A stretch of DNA of 64,000 nucleotides, taken from Blasia pusilla. Taxonomy: Eukaryota. The stretch lies in contig CM114271.1 of assembly GCA_050084515.1 (NCBI GenBank), positions 21,390,001 to 21,454,000 of the forward strand. The letters are read 5' to 3'. The notes below the pieces were generated by a model. That model did not search any database. It was given only the letters and a program-made list of their open reading frames with translations, and had not been told where the DNA came from. The first letter of the stretch is position 1, and every line of letters begins with the position of its first letter. The translations under genes and the position numbers were made by a program. Shown piece after piece: positions 40,901 to 53,097 of the stretch.

Positions 40901-41800
40901 AGAGCTATGGAAATTATTGATGTTATTTCTAGGCGATGGGCACTTATCCACAACAAGTTACATGCAATACGCTACATTCTTGCCCATTACAATCTTCTTG
41001 ATAATGTTCAAGACGTCACTTCAAATGTTGAGTGCATGAGAGATTCCAAAAAATATCTGAAACTTTATGCAAAGGGGATGCATGGCCTTAATGTCACTAA
41101 GGCTAAGTCTTATGTAGGTACTTGTTTGCGAGAGTTGGGAAACATTATGAATTATCAGGAATCATTTGTGGATGAGTTTGGTAGGGAAGTTGTTGATTCA
41201 CTTAGCCCCTCTGATTAGTGGAGCATGTACGGTCAAGGTGCACCAACATTGCGTTTAGTGGCTAAGTCCATATTAGCACAAGTGATTTCTTTCTTTTTAG
41301 CAGAGAGAAATTGGAGTAGTTTTGGTTTTATCCACAACAAGCATAGAAATAAATTGACCAACGAGCGTGCTAAGGATTTGGTGTATATCTACACAAACTC
41401 AAGGTTTGGAGACAAGGGTGTTTCGTGGAAATCAAGACAAATATTGTTGTATGAGCAATAATATTCTAAAAGGGATGGATAAGAACAAGCTAGAAGGGTT
41501 GTAGAAGATGGTAGTGAGTCTAGCTTACATGCAAGAAATCGTGATGATAATCATATAGATAACCTCGACTTGCAAGATGAAGACCTAGAGGATATGGATG
41601 TGCTATGTGAAATTTATGGCACCAAAGGGAGGTAGGATATTCATATTAGCGACACTGAAAAATTTGATTCCGAGGGGCTTGGAGGAGACAAAGATGACGA
41701 TGTAATGGAACACAACCTACGATCCTCAAATTATCACACTAGTAGAAATTCAAATTTACTCCACGGAGTCTAGTGAATCTACAAGGGATTCTCCTCTACA
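37939..41800 (+). mobile_element. Decayed autonomous-type hAT element; left TIR and GC-rich subterminal region present, right end not found
   Basis: Starts CAAGGTTGCACAAAAAC, the same TIR as the MITEs, with another partial TIR copy at 37642. A GGGCT-rich subterminal tract runs to ~38700, then the transposase. Confidence 0.7.
39434..41461 (+). pseudogene. hAT transposase (BED relic, DUF659-like core, hAT dimerisation domain)
   Basis: FYEYGITFNVVR, GATIITDS, LVNIMV, CVSHSLDL and YGQGAPTLR..AERNWSSFGFIHNKHRNKL. Multiple stops and frameshifts. Confidence 0.9.
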
Positions 41801-41939
41801 ATCTTTAAACATTGAAAGAGTGGACTTAGTAGATGAGCCTAATGATAATGATGCTCTCATACATATTATTCCAAACTCTCAACCCATTAATCATGGCATG
41901 GATAGTTCATACATTTCCTTTGATGATGAAACAATGGCA

Positions 41940-43020
41940 ATAGGAGCTACATCCACCTTGAAGATCATGTGTACCAAATTTCAGTTCTAGATAAGATACT
42001 TGGACAAGATGGAAAATAAAAAGATCCCATTTTCATTGAAGGTTTATATAGTGGCCCGAATTCAAAAAATGACTTAGCAATTTTTGAACTTTTCGTCATA
42101 ACTCCATTTTTTTGGAAACTTATGTTAACAGATTGAAGCTTTGCAAGAGAGCTACATCCATCCTAGGGATCATGTATATCAAAGTTTAGCTCTAGATGAG
42201 ATACTTGGACAAGATGAAAAATGAAAAGATCTTCTTTTTATTGAAGGTTTAATTAATGGTACGGGTCAAAAAATGATATGCAATTTTTGAGTTTTTGGTC
42301 ACAATTCCATTTTGGTTGAAACTTTGCAAGAGAGCTACATACACCCTAGGAATAAAGTATACCAGATTTTAGCTCTAGATGACATATTTGGACATGATGA
42401 AAAATGAAAAGACATTCTTTTAATTCAAGGTTTAATGATGTGGGTCCAAAATGACATAGCAGTTTTTGAGTTTTTTGCCACAACTCCATTTTTCTTGAAA
42501 CTTTGCAAGAGAGCTAAATCTACCTTGGAGATCATGTGTACCAAAGTTAAGCTCTAGATGAGATACTTGGACAGGATGAAAAATGAAAAATGAAAAGGTC
42601 TTCTTTTCATTGAAGGTTTAATTAATGATACGGGTCAAAAAGTGATACACAATTTTTGAGCTTTTGGTCACAATTCTATTTTGGTGGAACCTTTGCAAGA
42701 GAGCTACATGCACCCTAGGAATAAAGTAAAGCAAATTTTAGCTCTAGATGACATATTTGAACATAATGAAAAATGAAAATATATTCTTTTAATTGAAGGT
42801 TTAGTGATGTGGGTCCAAAAATGACTTAGCAATATTTGAGTTATTGGCCACAACTCCATTTTTCTTGAAACTTTGCAAGAGAGCTAAATATACCTTGGGG
42901 ATCATGTGAACCAAATTTCAGCTCTAGATGAGATACTTCGACAAGATGAAAAAGGAAAAGATCTTATTTTCATTGAAAATTTAATGGTACGGGTTCAAAT
43001 AATGAGTTAACAATTTCCCT
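41940..43020. repeat. Tandem array of six ~180-bp units
   Basis: TTTGCAAGAGAGCTA recurs at about 42140, 42323, 42501, 42692 and 42872; (A)GCTCTAGATGA-like motif in each unit. Confidence 0.9.
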
Positions 43021-43199
43021 AGGAACCCTAGTGAGAGGTTGTGTCAGACATGCCATATGCCATCCTTGAGAGTGTGTGAGATTTTTCCTTCTGGTGTTCA
43101 CCTCGTCCGTTTCTTGACAAGGAGTAGGAGTTAGGAGAGGCCATTTCCTCTTCCACTAGTTATGGGTTAATTAGGAGGGGTGAGTCGGACTGGGCAATT

Positions 43200-46090
43200 A
43201 CATTGTCTAGTTGGGTTTGTCTTGGGTTTAACCTTGTGGTTGAATTCTTTGCGGAGTTGCAGAAAAACTACCAAGGGGGAACCCATTGAGAAGTTGTGGA
43301 GCATCCACGACTTCCAGAAGCGTTTGGGTAAGAGTTTGCATGAGGCCTTCACTCGCCTGCGTCGTTTGATTAGTGTCAATCAGGGAGTGACAGAGTCGGG
43401 GGCTATCCAAGCATGGTACGCGATGCTGGACCGAGATCTGTGAAAATGGATGAGGGATGGGGTACTTCTTATGCGCACCTCACCTACGTTGAGAGATGTT
43501 TTTGAGACCGCGGAGTGTAACTAATTTGCTAGGACTCGTAGAACTTCCATAATATAAACCACGAAACAAATGAAGCACAATAAAAAACATACTGGTTGAG
43601 TGCAATATGGCTCAATAGAGTGTAACAGCCATGGGTTCCATGCGTGTCGTGCGCCTACTCTCCTTGAACGTCAATCTTAGTGTTGCGGAAGCGTACGTTC
43701 AGTAGGACACGCTCTCATTGCCCACCTGCACCCAAATGCACTCACATTAGTCTGGCTTTGGGTCAAGCGGCCTTCCAACCCACCGAATTCTCAACTCGGC
43801 ATCTCATCAAGCTCAACCTTCCCTCATTCCTAGCTTCCCAACAGGGCAAGTCCTTCAAGACTTGGAAGAAACTTTTTGGTTAGTCCATGAACCTAAAGCG
43901 GCACTTGCGCATCTAGCGGTCCCAATTGTTCAACGGACCTCACGGGAGTTCCTAACCGCGACCCAAGTAATTGAGTCTTGGGTTGGAATCCAAGAAGGAT
44001 CTCTAAAATTCACCTCAATAGACTTGGTTCAGATGTTCAAGTCCAACCCCAAACTTCTGATCCGTTCCATGCCCTTGAGCCGCCCCGTGGCACTCAAAGT
44101 GGGGTTCGAGTCTGAAGCACCCTTGGAGACCTTCCCCCTTACTAGTACTTATGGGGATCTCCACTAACCCCCCACCTTTGGAAAAGAATGGTCGGGCTCT
44201 TCATTGTGGCCCTCAACCCGACTCTACTTACAGTGGTTTCCGGATTTTTTCTCAGCTGCTACTTGTGTGTTTACAAAGATCTTTAGTGCGTATGAACTGA
44301 CTTTCCATAAGATTTCCAACGCATCCTTACTCATCCCAAACACATCTTGGCACTAAAAGTTATGGCCATAAATACAGTCAAAAACTCTCAAACGCTAGTG
44401 GCGTCCCAAATCCGGATCCCTTCCTTTGGCAACCCACTTCCTAGACTTGACTCCTCTCAAGTCTTGATCCGCGTTTAGTCTAGGTTTCTTAGTGGCGACC
44501 ACAACATATGAAACGTGAAGCCTCGCTTGCATCTCATCTCTTGTCTCTTCTCCGAGACCACTCCAACGCGCAAACCATCTTAGCGTGAGCCCGCTGGTGT
44601 TCCGATGTTCCACTTTGGCGCTCGTTTGGTCATGAGGTTCGCGACAATGCAAGAGCAGCCATAATTTCCTGCACCATTAATGAAGCAATGTGGATTGCGG
44701 GAGAGATCTGTGGCACCAAAAGCTTAGGGAGGATATCAAAAGTCCATGCCATAGAGACCTGCGTCATTATATATGGCACAACAACAACTGCCAGGGATTG
44801 TTTCTTGGGCATGTGATGGAGCCCATCATCAACAAGATTGCACCCATCACGGTATTGGACGCATGCCTCATCATGGAGGAGGAGAAAGGTTTGCACCAAG
44901 AGTTTGCCAGAGTGACCATTCTCAGAGGTATGGTCATACACGTGCCAAGTGTTTTATCTTACACCCCGAATTACATCCAAATCGAGGGCCAGAGAGGGCA
45001 CCAGAGCAAGTTGCCGGTCCGGGTGGGCCTAGAGGTCGTGCACTAGATGGTCCCGGTGGGGACTGAGCAAGGGGACAAGGAGTTGGTTTTGCCTAAGGGG
45101 GATGGTGGAGTTTCCTATGGAGGACGTAGAGTTCTGGCACCTAGACGGGTTGAGGGAAATTTCGGGCGTGAGGCTGGGATATATGGCTGCTCACATACAA
45201 CAGTTGTTGCAAAAGATTGCTACTATGGCATTGAGATTACCCGATGCCAAATTAGTGACATTGACATTCTATGGATCAGCTAGAGACATGGAGGATCTTG
45301 GTTGGATGTGCGCAACTGCAGAGATGGAGGCAATTGTTGTTCTTACTCGTGGAGTAGTCGCAGAGTTTGGTCCATAGAGAGAGCAGGCCAGCAAATAGAC
45401 CAGGCTTCCTCAATCTTCCACGTTATTTGAGGCGATGAGGACCCCATTGATGGGTCCTGACCAGAGTTGCCGGAGAGTTGATGTTGTTGGTGTGCAGGCA
45501 CAGAGGGCGATAGGAGAAGCGAGTGCGACAAATCTTTTTGCTGATGCTAAGGTGGATCCCACGTTGATACGTTGTTGGGGGCGGCCACTGCTATGTGCCG
45601 ATGCCCCATTTTTTCCTGCTTCCGATGTTACAATGTTGGGCGGTACACCCGTCGAGGTTTTCCGGCTGGCCGCTACGCTATGTGAGCGTGGAGTTGGTGT
45701 TCCTGCATCACGTTCAGAGGTGATTGCCAAGAAGGTGATGGACCTACCCTTGGAGCCTATGCTCGGGCCGTCCATCTTAGAGTCATGGGAGGTTATGGCT
45801 GTTAGGATGGCGGAGATGTCCGCTAGACCCCGTGCCATGGTATTAAGTGTTGTAATGCTAGATAATTGGGGAGATGTCTTATAGTTGGTGAGTCTAGGAG
45901 GTAGATCGTTCAGTCCACAGTGCGTCTTGTTAGATTCGGGAGCGCAACCCTTGATGTTGGGGAAGGCGGATTTTACAAGATTGGGCCTAACAAGGGCTAA
46001 TGTGGGGCTTTGCCCATTCAAGATACAAACGTCTTTGGGTGAAGCAAGTATAGTGCAGTTTATCACCCGACATGAGGTTGTGGTGAGGAT
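43200..46090 (+). pseudogene. Decayed gag + zinc knuckle + aspartic protease (family B, copy 3), split by a solo LTR
   Basis: LHEAFTRLRRLISVNQGV; knuckle relic SDHSQRYGHTRAKC; protease VLLDSGAQPLMLG at ~45925. Confidence 0.8.
43645..44646 (-). mobile_element. Solo LTR of family A
   Basis: Reverse complement of both ends of LTR 5660-6690, with 25/25 nt identical at the 3' end. Flanked by ATGCG/ATGCA, a 5-bp TSD with one mismatch. Confidence 0.93.
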
Positions 46091-46096
46091 TCATCT

Positions 46097-46458
46097 AAGT
46101 TGCATCATTCTAGGCCTCACACTTGCTCTTTGTTCATTCCCTCTTAGCCTCGATATTTTCTATTTGAATTCAATTTATGGTGAATGGACGATTTTATACT
46201 CCCAATCTACCACTATTTTGCAAGTATTGCCCACCTCTACTTTTCTCAATTAGCTTGCTATTTTCTATTTGAATTCAATTTATGGTGAATGGACGATTTT
46301 ATACTCCCAATCTACCACCACATAACACCAAATTTCTCACCTTCAACCAAGCTTGCCTCCCCCTTTAAGTTGCATCATACTAGGCCTCACACTTGCTCTT
46401 TGTTCATTCCCTCTTAGCCTCGCTATTTTCTATTTGAATTCAATTTATGGTGAATGGG
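46097..46458. repeat. Local direct duplications (three partial copies of a ~60-115 bp segment)
   Basis: TATTTTCTATTTGAATTCAATTTATGGTGAATGG occurs three times and AGGCCTCACACTTGCTCTTTG twice. Confidence 0.85.
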
Positions 46459-49400
46459 TGTGGAAAAAGAGACAAAATTAAACCTTTGTGGTCATGCTCG
46501 TGGTCATGAAGTGCTATGTCCATGCATTTCAATTTTAGTTTCACTCTTAAAGCTGCTTTCAAATGAATGATTCAGGATTGAAGTACTGGTGGACGATATT
46601 TTATTCCCAATCCCTAACCATGCCGGATATAAAGTCAAATTTTTGTTCTTGTTGCTCGTAGTATGAGAAATATTTTCTTGTTTCCTAGCTACCACGTGTC
46701 AAACAGACAGGCATTTGGATATCAAGAAGACAATCTCCAACAATAATATGGATTAATTAGCCTAAAAACCTAAAACCTCCTCCTCATATGTGCTCCCCAA
46801 TCTAGTGCCCAAAAGTTGCACTTTTGCACTACTAATAAACTTTTATTCATTAACTCACTCATTTTATCTCCAATGGTAGCCATTCCTTGTTTCTTTTGCA
46901 TGCTTGAAGCCTTCCACACATAGTTTATATGTATCTATACCATCTTCAAGTATATGATCTTTCTTTCCCCACCTCTTTTGTAAAGAATTCAACTTTATCT
47001 TGCCTCACAATTTATCTATTTTTTATATCTAACATGTGTCAAGTTGTAACAAAAATAATAATGTAAACTATATTACTACAACCAGTTTTGAAAGACTTAA
47101 AAAAAAGACAAGCCTAATACATAACTTTGATTAATATTCTAGACCTTGGTCAACTGCTCTGTGTAGTGCCTGAAAAAGAATTGCAATATTTTCCTAATAA
47201 ATTATTTTAGAAATTAAAAAATCTTGAGGAAAAATTGCTAGGAAAAGGATGACATATTTATTTTGATATTCAAGAGCACAAAACATAGCATTTATGGACT
47301 TATTTTAAACCTTTATTCGAGTACTCAATGTACTAAAGAAAAGTACATTGTAAAAGTCGAAGCCTGTGCAATGCGCGTAATTTTGAATTATCCATCCTAA
47401 GTGTACAATTAAATTTGAAAGATCCTTTTGGCTAAAATATATATGTATAAAAAAAGAGATAATTTCCAAATGAAGAGGAAATCTTCACTAATAATATAGA
47501 TCCTTAATAGAGAAAATTTTAGAGAAACTACCCTCCTCTTGACACTTATATGTCCCTTGAGGATTCCTCTATTGTTGACCCGTGTAATTTTAGTGGAGAA
47601 GAGAATACAGTGAGACGAGGAGAGGAAGGAAGGGAAGGAAATGAATAGTCCATTTGAACACAAAAGTTTGTGCAAACCCTATGACCAAATTTTCAACTAA
47701 GTAATTTCAAATTTGGATTTTTCTTAATCCACTACTATTAAATTTTAACTAAAATAACAATATAAACTAAAATACCTAGTATTATGGGAGAGCGATATCC
47801 CCAAAGCTTGGAGCACTAATTGCTCCGGGCTTAGGGGCTCCCACTAATTGGGAACCCCCAAGCGCCCTAACCTACCCGTTATCTCCTAACCCACCCGCAA
47901 GTCCCTAACTAATTTCAATCCCCAGGATTACCCCGACGTGCCTTCTCCGGCCCCAATCAGTCGACCTTTCCCTGGGATATTTTCTGGACCAGAACGCCAC
48001 GGATATCCGTCGTAGACATCCCCATGGCATGGGGATGTTCATGAAACTTACATGGGACCATACCATGTACATGATCCTTATGGTAACCCATGAGGCCACA
48101 TGAGAAACATCACTCCCATGAGGCCCCAAAATGACGATGCTCTCCTTGTTATGGGTGTGAAGCGGGAACTTATGAACACTGTGTACCCTGTCCAACCAAT
48201 GGAAATATATGTTGAAGATCCGTGTAAGCAACCAATGATGACCCCCGGATGGAAGTTGAGTACGATTCGACGGCGGAAAATGTATGTTCGTAGAATGGCT
48301 TCTGACATCGTCAAATGACCTCGTTCCTTCCAAAACCCTAAATCCATTTGGGTACATTTTTTTTGAGACTACTCGTGGAATGGTTTTTCGGCGATTGGAA
48401 GTGTCCAAGCTTCCCTCTCACATTGCATCTTCTTCCGTGGATGACCTTCGTTCTCTGCAACGTTACGGCTAGGGTTGGTTGTTTCCTGCATTTATGAGTA
48501 GCTAGCTTCGACTACACACCGGGGGAGGCTGGAGTATTGGGCTCCAAGAATTGCTGCATTTGTTGTCAAATCTCGCTCGGTATCTTATTTGCAAAGGTGA
48601 GTCCAGTTGTTTGGACTCTTTTTTCTTCAAATGCCTTCTATCACACATTGCGGTGATGCACTCTAGAATATGTTCATGAGATGTGTCATCAGATATTGTA
48701 GGTCATTGCTCAACCTCATTGAAGGCCTTGTCGACGTTGCGAAGTAAGGACTTGATTTTTTGAAGGCGACGGGTATGAGATATTGGGTAAGTATGTTCAT
48801 TCCTTCTCCGAATGCGGAACTCACAGAGGCTTGCAAAATTTTAGGGGGAGATGTGTAGGGTGGTAATGCATATACTCTCCATTTTGGAGAAGAGATATTG
48901 ATCCCAAACTTACGACTCCCAGTAGGAGCAGCCTCCGAATATGCAACAACTCGTAGCGTCAAGATTTTGGTGTGATGAGAATGAAGATCCCCACAACGGA
49001 GCGATCATGAATTTCTTTCAAGACTCTGGGAAGGGGATTGGGATTGCTGTTGGGAGAGGTTGTTCTATTGTGTAAGCAGTATGGAGTAGTGATCAGTGCC
49101 TCGCAAATAACTCTGATTAAGAATTTAGGACAGCGGGCAGAGGAATGTGGTGCTACTGCAATATGGTGTAACTACATCCTTACACCATGAACAGCAGAAT
49201 TCATAGAAAAAATCATTTGAGACAACTGTTATGGATGAATGAAGAGGATGGATGATGATGATGCATGACTAGGGTGTAGAACCTCACAACAATAAGCCAA
49301 GGAAAATATCAAGAAATCCCACTTGCTGTATTCATGAAGTTGTGTGTGTCCATGTTGTTTGTGGACCACTCTCCTTGGCCACCAAGTCCTGGAATTCATC

Positions 49401-49859
49401 TTCCTGGCTACTTTTCCAAGTGTTACAAAGTATGCTTCAGTTGCCTTGGTGCTACTGTGTTATTCCGTCGGGCTACTCTGAGTATGTGTTATACCGTCGG
49501 GCTTCTCAAAGCATGAGTAACATTGATAGTAGGAGAATAGATATTTTAGCTATGACCTCTGAATACTTGATTGTGATTATGCTTTTATAACACTCCTGTA
49601 CTTGCAGACTTCATGGGGTAATTTGGATCAGAGAGTGAAGGATTGTTGAGAATACAGACTCAAGGGAAGCAAGGGCAGTTGGGAACTGGTATGTTTCGTC
49701 TATTTCTTTCTCCTTCATAGCATGGATTGGTTATCAGGCCTGATGTTTGAGTACTACTCTATTTTTGAAGTGCTTACGGAAGAACTTATGTGGTGTCAGT
49801 TTGGCAGTTGTAGGTCTCGATAAATCTTCCGTCAGAGTTTGATCGTGGCAACTACCAGT

Positions 49860-50726
49860 ATGAATCGAGTTGTGTGGGGTGTTGCTCTTGGGGAGAACAC
49901 ATATTGGAGATACATAGAGGATGGGGAAAAGTGGATGTGCATGCTTTGTAATCGCGTCCTAAAGGCCAAAAATAAAACCAAATGCAATGAGCACTTGATT
50001 AAAAACCACCCTGACTTGGATGAGTCATTGCTAGTCCCACTAGAAAATCCAAGTAGGCGTGCCAACTACCCAGTGATGGGTTGTAAGAGAGAAGTGACAG
50101 ATGCCCAGAGAGAGACAGAGGTCCTTAGGAAATTCGGGGATGCTCATAGGAGGGAGGCTAAAATCCAGAGGGAGAAACTGTACAGGTTGCGACAATTCCA
50201 CTCGGAGAGGTGCTTGTCTATGCAATGGAGTCCTCATATCCCGATACTAGGGAAGAAGCCATCACTGGTGGTTTTGATGGAGTGTAATTTGGTGAATTCC
50301 TTGCATATTCGAGATTGGGATGGCCTCCTAGACAGGAAACAATATCGTGAGTGCTTGGTGAGAGTTCACGATTGCCAAAATAGTAACTCCATGATGGAGC
50401 ATGTAGTATATGGTTTTTTGGCAGCCATAGATAGAGCAAGTCAACAAGGTTCTAAGGACTTGATAGGGAGGGGTAAGGGTTACTTCACACATCTAGAGAT
50501 GGTTAAGAAGTTGTGGGGAGTAGTTAAAAAAGGCGATGTTGTGTCTCTACAGGAGTTACTTGCCAAGTTTCTTGTCGAAAGAGAGGCACAAGTCAAGCAG
50601 AGTGTTGCGTGGATAGCACGGAAGAAACAAAATCTAATGGGTTGGCTTGAGCGAGATCAAGCCAAGTACTATGAGTTTATGGCCAAGCAACAATATGACG
50701 AAGGTTGGCCACGAGAGATTCCATAA
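49860..50726 (+). CDS. BED zinc-finger protein, probably a transposon accessory ORF
   Basis: Open ~290 codons with YWRY...WMCMLC...HLIKNHP (BED signature). Decayed continuation to ~52044 with Pro-rich repeats. Confidence 0.55.
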   Translation: MNRVVWGVALGENTYWRYIEDGEKWMCMLCNRVLKAKNKTKCNEHLIKNHPDLDESLLVPLENPSRRANYPVMGCKREVTDAQRETEVLRKFGDAHRREAKIQREKLYRLRQFHSERCLSMQWSPHIPILGKKPSLVVLMECNLVNSLHIRDWDGLLDRKQYRECLVRVHDCQNSNSMMEHVVYGFLAAIDRASQQGSKDLIGRGKGYFTHLEMVKKLWGVVKKGDVVSLQELLAKFLVEREAQVKQSVAWIARKKQNLMGWLERDQAKYYEFMAKQQYDEGWPREIP

Positions 50727-51157
50727 AAGCAAAAGATATTTGTGAGGAGAGAGCTAGTGCATCAGTTCTAAGTCAAAGGAAACATGACAAAGATACTTGG
50801 TGTAAGAAGGGAAAACAGGGCTTGAAAGTGAGAGCGGAGGAGAAGGGTGGAGACTTACATAAGTCTTTGGAATCAGATAGCATTGATTTCCAACCCTTGC
50901 CACCTCGGCGTCTTCGCTTAGGCGACGAGGCGGGTAAGGCTGTTAACAGTAAATAGGCGGATAAGGCTTCTAATTGCAAAGTACCACAGCGTTCAACGGG
51001 CCAAAGGAAGGCCAAGACACCAAAATTGAAGGGGAAGAATGTTACAGCAGCAGCCGAGTCTCCCTGTACAAGATCGAAAAGTAAGCAGCAAGACAGTAGG
51101 AGTTCCATGCACGTGGATGCCATTCCATCAGCAGGAGAGATGGATGTTGATGAAGCT

Positions 51158-51410
51158 ATTCCACCAGGTGGGGGGTCTCCAAGGATGGATCCTACTCCAC
51201 CCCCAAGAGAGAGTCAGTTGGTGGAACCCATTCCACCAAGTGGGGAGGCTCCAAGGGTGGATCCCACTCCACCCGCAAGAGAGAGTCAATTGGTGGAACC
51301 CATTCCACCAGGTGGGGAGGCTCCAAGGGTGGATCCCACTTCACCCCCAAGAGAGAGAACCCATTCCACCAGTTGTGGGGAGGTGGAACCCACTTCATCC
51401 CCAAGAGTGG
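51158..51410 (+). repeat. 72-bp coding tandem repeat (~3.5 copies; EPIPPSGEAPRVDPTPPARESQLV)
   Basis: ATTCCACCA at 51158, 51230, 51302 and 51363. Confidence 0.9.
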
Positions 51411-52747
51411 GTTGAGTGGAACCCTCAAGGTGGGCGGATGTCACTCCGCCTCCGAGACTTCAGCCTAATGCGGAACTCATTCCACCAAAGGGGGAGCCGA
51501 AAGTGTGTATGCATAGTGTCAAGGTGATACACATGTGGAACCCATTCCATACACTCCATGTGGTGAGGATGGGGCAACCATCCATCATGAAGGGGTTAGA
51601 GACGATCCACATTTGGTCAAGACAACAGGCTCTGCATTTTGCACCCCTATTCATGAAGACATGTAGATTCCTTGTGCAAATCCGGTGGCATTGGAGGATC
51701 ATGAAGATGTTGATGATGACACCCTTCTGAAGAAAAAACCATCCTCTAGAGAATTGAGAGCTTTGAAGAAAAATTTGGGCAAGACGTTGTTGAATGATAT
51801 CAATGAAAACATTAATAGTGAGGTACCTAAACTTGGCACTCACTCACAAGTGACCAAGGCCAAGAACGTGAAGTCCACACGAACAGGTTTGACACCTACT
51901 GTTGAGGAGTGCAAGGAATTAGGAAAGTCGAAGTTTGAAGTCCTCCAACAAATGATGGCAACCCCCCCAACCAGGAAGGCTAAACGGAAGAACAAGTACG
52001 GCCAGCTCAACCCAGGAGTGGAAAAGAAGAATAAAAAGGTATGAATGTATGTATGAGTATGCACTCTCTATGTGATTTTGTGATGATGTCCTTGTTCTCT
52101 ATCTTCAATTTTTCTCTCTTATTTTACTTTCATAATAGTTTAGCATGGATAGTAATGATATTCCTATCTCTGATTTTTTCTCGTTTTGTCATTGCAGAGA
52201 GCGTAGATGGAGATGTTCCCATATTGGATATGGGAAGCTAGATTCCAGAGTCGTTGCCCGGTGGTTTTTTGGATATTTCTCTCACGAAAGAAGTATACCC
52301 TTGTTAGTTTTTGTCATTAGCGCTGTAGTTTTTGTACTTCTCACACCTTACCTAAAAGTAATTTTGTACAGAGGCTCTTAAAGCATCTACTAGAGGTACA
52401 CAGTTGGTTCTTCAGCTATACTTAAGTGATAGGCCCTATAGTAATAGAGCTAGAAGAGGTTTAGACAAGTTGGACATGCTACCACTTGGAATACCACCAT
52501 CTTGTACGGAAAGTATTTGATTCTAAATTCAAAGTGGTGGGAGTTCACAAATTTCCATGATTCTTTTTCTTACACTACGTACAATTTGGGCAACAAGTTC
52601 CTGAGGTTCGAGAGCAATGTAGCACACAGGTTGGAGGGCAATCCAAATGAGTAAAGTTATTCTAAGAAATTCTTGTACCTTCCCATGCTTAGGAGGAAAT
52701 CATCAAAACTTGGCATAGTATGGATAGTAGACATAGTAACAATAGAA

Positions 52748-52885
52748 AAGCATTCCATATATCAGAGAAACCATTCCAATTCTTAGAGAAGCCATTCCCC
52801 GTTTTATAGAAGCCATTCCACACAACAAAGAAGCCATTCCATGTCAATGCATAGCCATTCCGTATGTCAGTGAAGCCATTCCACT
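52748..52885. repeat. 21-bp period AAGCCATTCC repeat
   Basis: CCATTCC every 21 bp, about 6-7 copies. Confidence 0.85.
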
Positions 52886-53097
52886 GGTAATGGATAGGGG
52901 TAGGATATTTTTGAAAGCAGGAATTCATAATGGGGACCTAATGCAGACTTCTTCATTCACCTAAAAACCGAATACATGCCTTTTGTTCAACCATGTCCAA
53001 CCAGATTAGTAGATGTTTGAATAACACTTTTGACACATGTTCTTTCTCTCTTATTAACATACAGGGAAATATTTATCACAGAATTGGCCTCCCCGAA

